Positions 12,234 through 26,907 of a stretch of 64,000 bases of DNA are shown piece after piece. The position numbers were made by a program, and so were the translations under genes. The stretch lies in NCBI GenBank assembly GCA_964016885.1, contig OZ024762.1:2046001-2110000 (forward strand), read 5' to 3'. The notes under the pieces were generated by a model. It was not told the DNA's origin. It ran no database searches and worked only from the letters and a program-made list of their open reading frames with translations. The DNA is from Eledone cirrhosa (taxonomy: Eukaryota). How positions within the stretch are numbered: the stretch's first letter is position 1; each line of letters opens with the position of its first letter.

Positions 12234-13875
12234 TAAAAACAAATCTTTATAAGATATCAATTCATAAATTAGAAGATATCACCGAAGTGAGAAACTTACT
12301 TTCAATGTGGAATGTTGATGTTAAAGGTTGGAAGTGAAAAAGCGATATAGCAGCCATTTTGTGAAGACAAAATGGCTGCTATAACGCTTTAAAATAAAAT
12401 AAAAATATAAATATATAAATGTTAAGATTAAAAAATAAGAGGATGAGAAACAATATAATAAAATACCGTAATATATATATATATATAAATATTTATTTGC
12501 ATTTTGCATTACACAACATTTATTAATTGACCCTCTACCGATACTGCCAAATGCAAATAATTGTTTCTACTTTTGGCACAAGGCCAGCAATTATCTCAGT
12601 ACATTACTGGTACTTTATTTTATCGACCCCGTAAGGATGAAAGGCAAAATTGACCTCGGTGGGATTTGAACTCAGACCATAAAGGGCCGTAACTCTTTGC
12701 TACAAAGCATGTCAAAGCCAACCCACCAAATAATGGTTTCTTATATAGGTACAAGGCCTGTCATTTGGGGGGAAGGGAAAGTCGATTAAATCGACCCCAG
12801 TTAACCTCGGCGGGATTTGAGCTCATACCATAAAGAGCCATAACTCTATGCTGCAAAGCATGGCGTCCGACCCTCTACCGATACTGCCAATCCACCGCCC
12901 TCGCCAACCCACCAAATAATATAAGTAAATAAGATAGGTTAGTGTCATTCAAATGTTTATACAAGAGTTCCTGTAGAAATGTTTATGTTGGGTGTAAAGC
13001 AACGGTTTGATAATTGTTGTTTTTTATTTTATTATATTGTTTCTCATCCTGTTAGTTTTTTTATCTTGACATTTAAGAGAGAGATTCTTAGCCAATTAAC
13101 GATGGCACGAGTAAGATTAATGGTAAATTAGTGAAGTAGGCGCTTTTCCCGGGCCATAGAGCAATTGTTAATTAGAAATTTCTACGATGAGGGCATATAT
13201 TAATAAATTATAAATTCTTGGCCATTTAACAAATCATAAATAAAGACTAATAAACAAACAGATAAATACACTACGATATTTCCTTTGACTTAAACCTAGG
13301 AACGATCGACTTTTGTCAAATCAGACCGAGGAAACAATGTTTCCGTCGTTCTTTCCAATTGTTAATAGTATCTATCAGTCGCAACTCCAGGTAGAAGGAG
13401 CAACGTGAAATAAAGTGTCTTGCTCAAGGACATAACGTATGGCCCGGTCCGGGAATCGAACTCACAACCTCACGATTGTGAATCCAATTCTCTAACCACT
13501 CAGCCACGCGCCTTACAATGTCATTTTTACAGATTAGAAATGTTTGATAAGGTAGAATTCTTTTTTAAATGCGTGTGTGCTCTACTGGCAAGCTTAACAT
13601 CTTCAGGTTCACAGGTCTAGCCACCCACATTCTCCCAGGTTTCATTCAGTTTAGTCTTTTCCCCTATGCCTTGCCGCCATGAGTGTAATAAATCTAGATT
13701 ATTTCAGACATTTATCGGGATAAAACTGGACTAAAATAGCTATCTTTATGAAGAATTACATTTGATTAAATGTAAGAAAAAAACGATCACTGACCACTCC
13801 CCGAATAAATATATAAAAAGCAAGAGAAATTTAAAGATTATTTATACATAGACTGTTTGCCATATATAGACTATA

Positions 13876-13970
13876 CCCCCTGAGGAGATCAGCTAAATTC
13901 CCGCCGCTCGAATACTGGCGCTTCAGTTCAGATATAACTGTTGAAACGGCCGGACCTCACCCTTCGCTGT
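13876..13970 (+). ncRNA. degenerate hammerhead motif
   Basis: CCCC-CTGAGGA-GATCAGCTA...TAACTGTT-GAAACGGCC...; 3' half decayed; supplies the CUGANGA half missing from the GAAACGGCTTGAGCTCAGCCGTCGGGG repeat family. Confidence 0.45.
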
Positions 13971-14443
13971 CCTGATTATGAATGAGTTTTCATCCTCTAG
14001 ATATCTACTATAAATATAACATTTTTTTTTGTAATTGAATTGATGCACAAAAGTACTAAATTTTATTTTACTGCTTCTAAATCCGCTTTTGATTACATCT
14101 TGTTTTGGTGTTAAATACAATAACTGTTTCTACTTTCGGCACAACGCCAGAAATAAACCCCAGTACATTACTGGTACTTTATTTTATCGACCCCGTAAGG
14201 ATGAAAGGCAAAGTTAACCTCGGCGGGATTTGAACTCAGACCGTAAAGGGACGTAACTATGCTGGAAAGCATGGCGTCCAGCATGTTAGTTACAATAACG
14301 TTTTGCATGCTATTTATTAAATATGATACGAGTCTAATCTGTTTTATGAAGTCACTTTATGCATGTTTTTGTATGTTGATGCTTATGGCAATATTTATAC
14401 ACCTGAAGATTACGACCAGTCATGCTTGTATGTATACTATAAT

Positions 14444-14649
14444 ATCATCATCACTATCGCCATCATCACCATCACCATCATCACCACCATCACCACCATC
14501 ATCATCACCATCATCACCATCACCATCATCACCATCATCACCACCATCATCATCACCATCATTATCATCATCACCATCATCATCACCACCATCATCACCA
14601 TCATCATCAGCATCATCCTCACCACCACCATCATCATCATCATCGTCAT
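14444..14649. repeat. (CAT/CAC)n microsatellite, probably an expanded retroelement tail
   Basis: Abuts TTTAACGT..., the reverse complement of the RTE-type 3' end. Confidence 0.85.
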
Positions 14650-14744
14650 TTAACGTTCTTTTACCTAGCTAGCATGGGTTAGATGAGTCAGTACTCAAAC
14701 GGAGCTGCTGATCTCAATATATTATATAATATATGGCAAGGGCA

Positions 14745-14930
14745 TGGATTGGCGGTAGAATCGGTCGAGGGTCGGACGCCATGATTTGCAGCATAGAGTT
14801 ACGCCCCTTTACGTTCTGAGTTCAAATCCCGCCGAGGTTAACTTTGCCTTTCATCCTTACGGGGTCGATAAAATAAAGTACCAGTAATATACTGGATTAT
14901 TGCTGGCCTTGTGCCAAAAGTAGAAACAAT

Positions 14931-14931
<1 letters not shown>
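14745..14931 (+). mobile_element. tRNA-derived SINE family 1, plus copy; others at 40350-40460, 43121-43305, 45530-45586, 55840-55944
   Basis: A-box-like TGGCGGTAGAATCGG, B box GAGTTCAAATCC, same body as the minus copies. Confidence 0.92.
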
Positions 14932-15020
<89 letters not shown>

Positions 15021-15118
15021 TAACAGATTTGTTTGCTCTATGGTTCTTATATATTTGATATATATTTATCCTTATCGAGACCTCTTTGGATAATATTAGT
15101 CTTCACATTTATTATTAT

Positions 15119-15240
<122 letters not shown>

Positions 15241-17431
15241 GGTGTGTAACCAAACATACATACGTACGTACATAATACATAATATATAATATATAATATA
15301 TAATATGGATAACACATAGACAAGATAGACCATGTTGTATGCAGACACGATTAGGTTACGTGATATGGAATGGAGAAGATTCTTTAACGAAATTATAATA
15401 ATAATAGTAATAATAGGAGAGAAAACTCCATATAAGGACTGCAACATTCTCCGTTTTACTCACCTGAAGGCTTATATAAGAAGAAGAAGAAATAAGGGAG
15501 GAGAAATATAGAATTAAAGAGAGAAATTGTGAGAGAGGAAGGCAGAGAAAGAAAGAGAGGTATATATATATATATAATGTGATGACGTAATAGCTACCTG
15601 ACTTACTACCATATTTGGTAATAATGTTCAGCCATTGATTGATTCTACTAAACTAGTTATAAGGTAGTCTGTAATAATAGTACTACAGTGATAGAATTCT
15701 TAACGCAATCTCTTCCCGTGTAGAGAGAAAAACGAATGAAAAAATTATAATATATTCGTTTTCCTTTTCAATATATTTTCCAAAATATCTTTCTATTTCT
15801 ACATTTTTAGATATTTTGTAATAAAAATAACGTTATGTTTATTTTACCACATTTTACTAAAATATTATTATAATTCTCTATTATATTTATTATAATCTGG
15901 GGCTATTTTCTACGTCTGCTTTTATTTCTCGGTATTTTTAGTACTAAATTAACAGATTAGGAAATTTAAGATGGCTGCCAAATCTATCCACACAGACGAC
16001 AGAGAAAGAATGTTGGAATAATCCATTCGTAAGTTGTCATGGAAACGAACAGGGGTGGGTAGGATTTTTATTTTTATTTTGTTATTCTCTCTTCAAGTTA
16101 GTTAGCTGTAAGCAAGCAAGCCCCGGCAACTAGGAGCCATTGATTATCCATCAGTCAACGAAGTGGGATGGGCATTGTCAGCTTTGTTCAAGCTGAATAA
16201 ATTGCAAGGCTGTATGAAGAAGATAAAACGTTGGTTTATTCAAAATTGGACTGTTCCATTTTATGTGTGAAGAGAGACAGTGTGAATTGCCTTGGCTGCT
16301 GATAAGATATTGGCAACAGTGTGCTTGGGTGAAGTAGAATATGTGTGAACATATATATATACTTTAGCCTGCTGATATTTATATATAGGAAAGTAAGCAG
16401 TATGTGATAAGTGTGTCTGTTCTATGCGCTGTATAATATATTCACACAAACATACATCTATATATGTATGTATATATATATATATACGTACTCACATGTT
16501 CATACCATACGATCTGGCAATCAGAATGAGCAACCAATGGCAGCAGAGTGGAGCCATATTGATTTATACGATTAACTGAAGAGAAAAAGAGAGAGAATGG
16601 AATAGAGAACTGGAGTAAAAGTAAGAGGAAGGGGATAAACTGAAAAACGACAGAAGAGTGAAAGATGAACGTTGAAGAAGGCGGGTTAAGATGAATTTAA
16701 ATATGAACGTCTGGGCGGGATGTTTAGAAAAGGACGACTACATCGTATGGCATGATAACGTGTAGGGGTGTATGTATAGTATGTGTGTATACGTGTATAT
16801 ATGTGGCCGATAGAGAGTGAGGTGAGAGGCAGAAAGAAAGAATATGAGAGAGATGTGAGATATTAAAGAAAGGGGGAGTAATTGGCATCAAAATTGGATG
16901 AATTTAATGAGAAACAATGCCAAGATGAGTTGTAGAAGAAGAAAAAAAGGGAGTTAGTGGCAACCGGAAGTGTGAAACAGGAGGAGCAGGGAGGAAAGAG
17001 ATATAGAGGAAGAGGAGAGCGTGAAATAGGTAGAAGATACAGCAGGGAGTGTAGAATGAAATAATATCTTATCAACCCCACCCAATCATCTCACAACAAT
17101 CAACCTCCCCGCCACCGCCGCTAAACTGGTTTGCATTAATACAAGTTAATAAGTGGCCTTTTAGATGAATGTTGCATATGTAGTAATATGGCGGCGTTGT
17201 TATGTGTTGTGTTGTGTTGTGCGTGTTTCCTGTTAAGTAGTGTAACTAGGATTAATTGTTTCGACTGCTAGTCATTATTAAGAGGAGTGGGAGGAAAGTG
17301 CTTTGGAAAAAGTCATTATGAAACTGAAGACTATATCTTCTGAGAAGCAACATATCATATAGGGACGCTTTTATATAAAGATGAATACATATATAAAGAT
17401 GAATATATATATATATATAATAGAAAAAAAC

Positions 17432-17525
17432 GAGGCCTGTTTACGCACGTTTCGCAGAGAATTGGCTCAAGGTGACCCATAGGAGTTATGGACCTGACTC
17501 CAGTATCGATCTGCTCCTCAGGCTG
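17432..17525 (-). ncRNA. hammerhead-like motif, stem I not intact
   Basis: Minus strand CTGAGGA-GCAGA...TCTGC-GAA-AC(GTGC)GT-A; core and stem II perfect. Confidence 0.5.
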
Positions 17526-17526
17526 G

Positions 17527-17563
<37 letters not shown>

Positions 17564-17713
17564 TACGTACATATATGTGTGTGTGTGTAACATTAGTGGC
17601 GGTGCCTCAGCATGGTTTCAGTCACTCGGCTGGAGCACAAATAAAATAAAATATATATGAGAAGAAAAGGATGAATACTAATAAATGGAAAATATCATTT
17701 ATAATACCATATT

Positions 17714-17773
17714 TATTTTATTATACGTATTTCAAGGACACAAAGTCTTTGTGTGCTTTCATCAGATAAAATA
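17714..17773 (-). ncRNA. minimal type-I hammerhead ribozyme motif
   Basis: Minus strand TATTTTAT-CTGATGA-AAGCACACAAA(GAC)TTTGTGTCCTT-GAA-ATACGTAT-A-ATAAAATA; palindromic short stem III. Confidence 0.78.
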
Positions 17774-18040
17774 TAATATTTGGTGTTATAATTAATAAAA
17801 ATATAATACTGACTGTTATAATTCATGAAATGCTTTCTAGATAAATTGTAGTATCATACATATTAAAATCAAGATAACTGGTACATTAAGCAACGTTTTT
17901 CTTACACATTCTCTATTGAACTTATTACGTTTTCGCATTTTCTCATTATTAGGGTATAAATGTTAAATTTTCTCTTAGGTTAATCACTACCTTGATTAAA
18001 TCTTAACCATTTAACATCTCAGGGTATGTCATATATCATT

Positions 18041-18097
18041 ATATTTTGTCTGATGAGGATGTACTGTTGTACATCCGAAATATGTATAATAAAATGT
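18041..18097 (+). ncRNA. minimal type-I hammerhead ribozyme motif
   Basis: ATATTTTGT-CTGATGA-GGATGTAC(TGTT)GTACATCC-GAA-ATATGTAT-A-ATAAAATGT; perfect 8-bp stem II. Confidence 0.8.
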
Positions 18098-18219
18098 AAT
18101 TGATCAAAAGAACATCTATTTTATTAATATTTATATTCTATATATATATATATATATATTCTATATATATATATATATTAAAAACAAATCATCAGGGCTT
18201 CCTCGATTTCTTTTGAATG

Positions 18220-18738
18220 AAATTAAATGTTATCCTACTCACAACAGGAGAATTTCATATCTGTCTTCTATGACTGATATTCATGCCAAATTTCTATTAT
18301 TCAGGCAAAAATCTGAATGCAAAGATAGAAATATAGAATGTTCTCTGTCTACTTTTTTTTTGTTACATTGTTAAGTCATGATTTTAGATTCTACAAACCC
18401 CCTCTAATTCATTCCAACTGTCGCTGCCATTAACTTTCTCTTTTCACAGAAAAAAACCCGCCATTTTTTATATATATATTTATATATATATGTGTGTGTG
18501 TATATATATATAAAATATATATATATATATATATATATATGCATATATATATATACATATATCAAACATGGCGGGCTGTAATAAAATATTTTTTTTTAAA
18601 GTAGACAGAGAACATTCTATATTTCCATCTCTGCTTTCAGCTTTTTTTGCCCTGAATAAATAAAAATTTGGCGTGAATATCAGTCATAGAAGACAGAAAT
18701 GAAATTCTCGTCTTGTGGGTAGGATAAAATTTAATTTT
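18220..18738. mobile_element. diverged long inverted repeat (MITE-like) split by a (TA)n tract
   Basis: 18220-18360 is complementary to 18595-18738 (e.g. CTGTCTTCTATGACTGATATTC / GAATATCAGTCATAGAAGACAG). Confidence 0.8.
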
Positions 18739-19202
18739 ATAATAAAATTAAAACTAAAATAACCACCAAAACACCAACGAATTTGTGTCATATTCGTGCA
18801 AGGTGAAAAATGAACGAAGGAAAAACACACTTAAAAGATTTGAAACGTGATGAAAAATAGAAGACGTGGTGGTTTGGTTAGATAATAAAGTTGCTCTATT
18901 TTATTTATTATTTTCTTTTTCTTTTCTCTCTCAGTTAGAAAGTGACAAAGAACGGATGGCTATTTGATAAAAGTGTTTCTTTCTGGTGGCTACTCTGATA
19001 TAGTCTTGTTTATCTGTCTCTGTGTGTCTGTTGTGTGTATTCAAAGCAACATGGCGTCTGTAGCTATTGGCGTTGTTGATTTATGTAGCGATAGCTAAAT
19101 AGTCTGCGTTCCTTAACGAATAGAAACAGTGACAAGCAGAAAACGTAAAAATATCGAAGGGGGAGGAGCTCGTATTTATGATAATTCGAAGCTCTGTATA
19201 AT

Positions 19203-19237
<35 letters not shown>

Positions 19238-19847
19238 ATACTTAGGGAGGGTCATATTGTTATAATATTGGCAGAAATAATAACAGAACACACTCACTAT
19301 GTGTGCGTTCTGTTATTATTTCTGGTAATATGATCCTCCCCAAGTATAACAATATTTGTTTCGACACACGATTTCATATAAAAAACCTTGCAAAACAAAT
19401 ATATATATATATATATAGGAATGAGTAGGACCCCGACGGCTGAGCTCAAGCCGTTTCGACGGCTAATTCTGGACTAAAATCCATATATATGAAAAGGGAA
19501 GTAAGGTTCTATACAAAACTATGGTTATAGAGAAACGGTGAAATTGGAAATAACACGGAAAATGTTTTTCCTTTTTTTTCTTCTTTCTTTGATTGGTCGA
19601 AGTGACATTATTGAAAAAATGAGAGGGACAATTTAAAAAAAAAAAGAGTTTCATAATGTATATAAAGTATAACCGGTTTCTATGTATTAGTAAAATCCAT
19701 CTTATCAAATGTTGAGTATTACAATTAAAAATAATTAATAAGAATTAAAAATTAAAGATTTGAAATTAAGTGTTGAGGCAAGTTTTTTCATCTTTCTTGT
19801 TGAGAAGACTGGAAAAATGGAATCTTGTGTATATATATAGAGAAATG

Positions 19848-19918
<71 letters not shown>

Positions 19919-20679
19919 GGTAGGGGTAGGTGTGTTTTTTCACACTGAACAAAATTATTTTTTAGGGAGAGGAAGGTTTTCTGTAAATATGTATGTGTGT
20001 ATCTCAATTGTGTTAATTGACTGGTCAAGAGTTCAGATGGGGGTGGCGAAGAGGGGAATGTAAGCTAGAGACAAATTCTATGGGTGAGAGAGGTAAATGG
20101 GATTGGCAAAAGTAGGGTTGTAAAAGAAATTCTATTCTTTGGAATATGGTTTTTGAGAGTGTGAGTGTGTACGTGTGTAGGGCTGTTTACAAACAGACCT
20201 GCGGCCCGCACAAAGGTTTTTACAGCACGAGCATGTTTTATCTTCGTAATATAAAATTAAAAAATTTAGTGGTAATGTACGACATTAGTTGTGTAGCCCT
20301 TAGACATCACATATGTGACCCATGCATGTGGCCCTCGAGGGACCCTCAGTTTGTCATGCCTGGTATATACAATGTTTCACCAAACCAATGAAGGAAGCTG
20401 GTAGTCACGTAAACACTGTCGTCTGTTTTTAATGGAATATTTCTTTCGACTGACCTATATTTCAGACAGGTCAAACAGTCAGACCAGCAGCATATACAAG
20501 GATGGGGAGTGATGTGGTGTGGAGTTGCTGTAAAGGTGGGAGTGGTGGTGGTGGTGGTGGTGGTGTGATGATGTGGTCCTTGTGGTGGTGGTGGTAGTGG
20601 TGGTGATGGTGGTAGTGACAGTGGTGGTAGTGGTAGTGACAGTGGTGGTGGTGGTGGTAGTGGTAGTAGTGGTGGTGGT

Positions 20680-21405
20680 GTAGTGTAGACTGTTGTGGTT
20701 TGGCGTAGTTTAGTGTAGAGTAGTGTGGTGTAGTATGGTGTGCTGTAGTGTAGTGTATACTGTGGTGTGGTGTAGTGTGTAGTTTAATGTGGTGTAGCGT
20801 TCTGTAGTGTAGTGTAGTTTAATGGGGTGTAGCGTTCTGTAGTGTAGTTTAATGTGGTGTAGTGTAGTTTAGTGTGGTGTAGCGTTCTGTAGTGTGGTGT
20901 GGTGTAGTGTAGTGTAGTTTAATGGGGTGTAGCGTTCTGTAGTGTAGTTTAATGTGGTGTAGCGTTCTGTAGTGTAGTGTGGTGTGGTGTAGTGTAGTGT
21001 AGTTTAGTGTGGTGTAGCTTTCTGTAGTGTAGTGTGGTGTAGTATAATGTATTGTGGTGTGGTGTAGTGTATTGTAGCGTTCTGTAGTGTGGTGTGGTGT
21101 GGTGTGGTGTAGTGTATTACGGTGTGGTGTAGTGTATTGTAGCGTTCTGTAGTGTAGTGTAGTGTAGTGTATTGTGGTGTGGTGTGGTGTAGTGTAGCGT
21201 TCTGTATTGTGGTGTGGTGTAGTGTAGTGTATTGTGGTGTGGTGTAGTGTATTGTAGTGTAGTGTATTGTGGTGTAGTGTAGTGTATTGTGGTGTGGTGT
21301 AGTGTATTGTAGTGTGTATTGTGGTGTGGTGTAGTGTATTGTAGTGTAGTGTAGTGTAGTGTAGTGTAGTGTAGTGTATTGTGGAGTATTGTAGCGATCT
21401 GTGAT
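20680..21405. repeat. (GTGTA/GTGTG)n pentamer satellite with recurrent GCGTTCT variant
   Basis: Direct reading. Confidence 0.93.
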
Positions 21406-21872
21406 GTAGAGAGAGAGAGAAAGATGACTAATGAAAGAGGAAGGCGGTGAGGGGAAGTAAGACAGAGTGGGAGATGGGAAAGGCTGGTTATGGCGAGGAA
21501 TAGTTTGGTTTAATATCAGTCATGTCTGCCTATATCGTCTGTAGCGAATAATTGATATTAGAGAGACACCAGAGTCGATATACATACATACATATATATA
21601 TATACATCTTATTGTGTGTGTATATAATGATGTTTGATGTTACATTAAGTTTATTGTTATATATATATATGTATATATGTATTATATAGTCTATTGTTGT
21701 ATATATGTATTGTGTATTATATAGTCTATTGTTGTATATATGTATTGTGTATTATATAGTATATAGTTGTATATATGTATTATATATTATATAGTCTATT
21801 GTAAGTGAAAAGCTTTGAATGAACGGTTGGGCGACTGTTAGACAATAGAAAACACATTTACATATATATATA

Positions 21873-21906
<34 letters not shown>

Positions 21907-22192
21907 ATTTTACATTGTCTAACCGTATGTATATAATATATATTCAGTGAATTGAATGTAAAGAGAAGAGACATTGGTGGTGGGGGGGGGGGGGGGGGGG
22001 GGGATAGCATCGTAGCTGAAAAACAGATGAGAGAGAATGTGAAAGAGAGAGATAGAGAGAGGGGGAAAGAGAGCGAAATAGTCGATAGCTTTTAATAGCC
22101 TTTTAATAGAATGTCGCCCATTATATACGGTTGTAGTGAAGCCGAACACTGTCTAATGTGTTGTAGTAGTGGTGGTGGTGGTGGTGGTGGTG

Positions 22193-22270
<78 letters not shown>

Positions 22271-22272
22271 TG

Positions 22273-22315
<43 letters not shown>

Positions 22316-22770
22316 TGATGGTGGTAGTAATAGTAGTAGTAGTGGTGGTGGTGGTGGTAGTAGTAGTAATGTCAGGCTAGGCTAAACCAAAGCTTGTAAA
22401 TGTCAGGAAAATGTTTGATGTAATGTGTGGGAAGAGGGGGGGGGGTGTATGATGCGTTTGTAGGTGTGTGTGTGTATGATGTGTTTGTAGGTGTGTGTAT
22501 GATGTGTTTGTAGGTGTGTATGATGTGTTTGTAGGTGTGTGTGTGTGTGATGAGTTTGTGTGTGAGAGTGTATATGTATGAGTTATTGTACAGTTTGTAT
22601 GTGTGTATGTGGTGAGTGTGTGTGTGTGTATTACCGTACAGCGCGGTAATGTGGTGGTGGTGGTGGTGGTGGTGGTGGAGTAGGAAGAAGGGGCGATGTA
22701 TACAAAAGTATAGACAAACATACAAAAAGAAAACTATATAAAATGGAGGACATTAAAGATCAGATTGAAG

Positions 22771-23160
22771 ATGTCGACATTGTAGACTGTATTATATTAT
22801 ATTACTGTCTGGGAAGACAGTAATATGGCGGAGAGAGGGAGAGTAATATGGCGGAGGGAGGGAGAGGTGGAGGTGTAGACAGTAATGTCGACATTGTAGA
22901 CTGTATTACATTACTGTCTGGGAAGACAGTAATATGGCGGAGAGAGGGAGAATAATATGGCGGAGGGAGGGAGAGGTGGAGGTGTAGACAGTAATGTCGA
23001 CATTGTAGACTGTATTACATTACTGTCTGGGAAGACAGTAATGTAGTTGAGAGAGATGGAGGGAGAAGTGGAGAGGGAGAAGTGTACACGATAATGTCGA
23101 CATTCGTTCCTTGTAGACTATTATATTATATTAGTGTCTGGGAAGACAGCAATATGGCGA
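22771..23160. repeat. ~110-bp tandem repeat, ~3.5 copies
   Basis: Unit ATGTCGACATTGTAGACTG...ATTACTGTCTGGGAAGACAGTAATATGGCGG... Confidence 0.9.
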
Positions 23161-23419
23161 AGGGTGGCAGAGAGAGAGAGAGAGAGAGAGAGACGGGGAG
23201 ACAGAGGGAGAAGTAGAGAGAGGGTGGGAGGAAGAGAGAAAATGGATGAGAGAGAAGAAGAGAGAGAGAGAAAGAAGTGGAGAGAGAAAGGAAGAAGAAG
23301 AAGAATATAAGTTGAGTAGCAAGCTGCTGTATAAATATATTATAACAGTTATCAAGCGTTATGTTATAGTATGGTACCACAGTACTCATTTAATATGTAG
23401 CATGACTAATATGATACAT

Positions 23420-23498
<79 letters not shown>

Positions 23499-23763
23499 TA
23501 TATATATGGAGAGAGATGTATCATCTTAGTCATGCTACATTATATATGTGTGTGTGTGTGTGTATGCATATATATATTTATATATTTATTTATATATAGA
23601 GTGAAATTCCGATATAACGAAATTCACGGGGTATTTAAAAAATCGTTGTAACGAAAAATTCTTTATAACGAGATCGACCTAACACATCGAGCGTGTAGCC
23701 AGGGATTGAAAAAAATTTCGTTATACTGAAAACTTCGTTATAACGGAATCTTAACTGTATATC

Positions 23764-23824
<61 letters not shown>

Positions 23825-26426
23825 GGGTAAAAACAAATATTACCCAGTTACAAGTATGAAAATAGCTCGATGTGAAATAACAAAGGCGAAATACAATGTA
23901 AATGACAATGAAAGGGGTTCGTACAAGGATGAAACGATCGTCAGTGATTATATATTTGAAAGTTTAAACACTCTTTGATTGTCATTTACATTGTGTATAT
24001 AAATATATATATACACACACTGTAATATATATATATATATCAAGGAAATAGCAATCGATGCTTGTAAAATGCAACGAAGCGTTTTAAAATGTCTCCTAAA
24101 GTCTACTGGCTACACGACAAATATGACCGAACAAAAAAAAAAACATATATATATATATATATATAAATAAACAAAAGCAAACATTGTTGGAACAACAACA
24201 CTTCACTTCATATTAGTTCACTATCCTCTTTTTTTTTTCTTGCTTTAATTAGACTAGTGGAAATGGAAATGGGAGACAGACGACATATATGAAAATTGGA
24301 GGGTGAAGGAGAAAGAGAAGATAGAGAAGAAAAATAATGGCGTATTTTTGAAGTAGACATTATAGCAAAATATGTAGTGTGTATGTGTGTGTGTGGAATG
24401 TGTTGTCTGTATTTGTGTGTTTGTGTTATCTTCTATGTGTATGGATGTGTGTGAGTGTGTTTGATGATGTGAAAAATGTTAAGACTGTACTGATGGCGGT
24501 GGTGGTATAAAATATGTGGCGCGTTTATTTAAAGAGAAATAGCTGTGGAAGGGGGTGACAGGTTATACCAAGAACGATAGTGAAGGGGTGACAGGCTGTA
24601 GTAACGAAGAAAGCAGTTAGGTCATCGGTTGGAAATGGATTGATGGTAGTGGTACGATTACGAGAGGATGGTATTTTGAGGAGGAAGAGGAGTGAGGGAG
24701 GGGAAATAGTGGTTGTGAGAAGGAGGGAGGAAGAGGAGAAAGAAACTGTCACCCTCGTTTAATAATAGCTGTAGACGGGCGGGTGGAAGTGGGAAGGTGA
24801 GACGTGAAGGTTTAAATGGTGAAAGGATGGTATCAGATATGACTTGGTAGTAGCATGAGTAACATGAGGAGGAAGGGGAGGAGAGGGGAATGGAAATGTA
24901 CAGTCAGTTCGTGTAGATTAAATATCAACACACCTTCCCCCCTCATTTCCTCTTCACTCCTCGTCCCTCTCTTCCGAATTTAATGATGTAGAATACAGAG
25001 AGAGAACGAGAGGCAGGCAGAGATGTATAAAGAGAGGAAGACACTATATATATATATATATATGCAGTGAGTTCGTGTAGATTAAATATATGAACTCGTC
25101 CTCTTACTCACCCCTCCCCCTCCCTCTCCGAATCAAATTAAGTAGAAGATATTGTGAGGAGGTGGTGGAGGATGAGGATGTGTGAGAAGCAGGACAACAA
25201 CAGTCAGTCAGTGTAGATTAAATATGAACTCTTCCTTTATTACCTCCCCTCACCTCACCTCTTCTCTGAACCAACTGAAGTAGAAGAAAGACTGAAAGTA
25301 GGAGGGAGGAAGCAGGAGAGTGCGGTGTATAGCAGAGGAGGGGGAAGGGGAGGGGTTTAAGAGGAGTATTAGTGGAAAACAAAATGGAAGGCAAGCAGCA
25401 GGCAAGCTAAAATAAAACAAAACACACACATACACATACAAATAAACAAAATAAAGATGAAAAGAAAGTAAAGAAAAAGCCAGTTAGACTACAACGAACA
25501 ATAAAACTAGTCAGTCAGTCGGGCGGACATGAGAGAGACAGTCAGGCGGTGAGTAACGTTGGCTGTTTGCCGCTGGCTGATGATGAGTCATCTCACATCG
25601 AATATTTGGGGTGTGGGATGGCGGTGTAGCGTAAAGACTGTACAAAGGATAAGCGTTTAGTATGAATACGGTAGCGCTAATGGTGGTGGTAGTAGTAGTA
25701 GTAATAGTAGTGGTAGTAGTGAGAGGAAATGGACGAAGGAAGGTGACAGCAATGAGAAAATCATCAAAGTTAAAAGGTCAAACAAGCAGAAGGAGAAAGT
25801 AGAGCAAGCTATTCCTGCTGAGAGGAAGAGAAGCAAATTGTTGCTACACGCTTCACTCAGCTCGTTTCATTTTCCCTATCCTGAGAGAAATTGAGAATGA
25901 AAGAGAAAGGAAATAAAACAAAATGGACTCGTCCTTTGTGAGAAAGAACCGTTTCATTTGTCTCTTTTGATCGCCTGCTGCCTGCCTGCTTGCGTTATTA
26001 TTTGAACAACCTTCAATCTCTCTCTCCAGATTTTTATATATTTGGACTCGCCTGAAAATGTCTGTCCGCCATTACGTGGTATTCTTTTTGCACGTTTTCT
26101 TTCCCCTCTCTTTAAATATAACCATCCTTCTCTTCTCCTCATTCTTCACCATCTTCTTCTTCCATCTTCTCGCCTTCTTTCCCCTTTAACATATTTTATC
26201 TCGGAGGTCTTGGTTTCCAAGAGAACCACATTTTCGGAACGAATGAAACACTAAAGGCGACGTCTATTTTTATATCTTTTCACTACTCTGTTTGCCATCT
26301 TGAATACTTTTTCGTTCGTTGTTCAATTTCTGACAGCCAAGAAAAACTATTTCAATAATAATGGCTCTGCCTAAAAGACAACAAAAGCAACTCCATTCTA
26401 TATTTTTCTGCACAATGTTCGCTTTA

Positions 26427-26519
<93 letters not shown>

Positions 26520-26565
26520 ATTAAAATTTTTAAAAAATTTTAATTTTTAAATTAAATATAACCTC

Positions 26566-26626
<61 letters not shown>

Positions 26627-26656
26627 AGATCAAAAGATGGTTAAAGGAGTTCCATG

Positions 26657-26727
26657 TATTTTATTATGCGCATTTCAAAAACAAACATCATCATGCAATA
26701 ATATTTGTGTTTTCATCAGATAAAACA
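26657..26727 (-). ncRNA. minimal hammerhead motif, left arm of palindrome
   Basis: Exact reverse complement of 26837-26907. Confidence 0.75.
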
Positions 26728-26836
26728 GGAGGACATGATATGAAGGCTAAAAAACACTTGTGGATAGTGCAGTTTTAAATCAACATATCAACTGCACTAT
26801 CCACAAGTGTTTTTTAGCCTTCATATCATGTCCTCC

Positions 26837-26907
26837 TGTTTTATCTGATGAAAACACAAATATTATTGCATGATGATGTTTGTTTTTGAAATGCGCATAA
26901 TAAAATA
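26837..26907 (+). ncRNA. minimal hammerhead motif, right arm of palindrome
   Basis: TGTTTTAT-CTGATGA-AAACACAAATATTATT...GATGATGTTTGTTTTT-GAA-ATGCGCAT-A-ATAAAATA; palindromic stem III. Confidence 0.75.

Noticed and set aside
23925-23945. GAAACGATCGTC (also 39874-39887 on the minus strand) as hammerheads
   Set aside because: Only the 3' half is present and no CUGANGA box is found upstream; not counted
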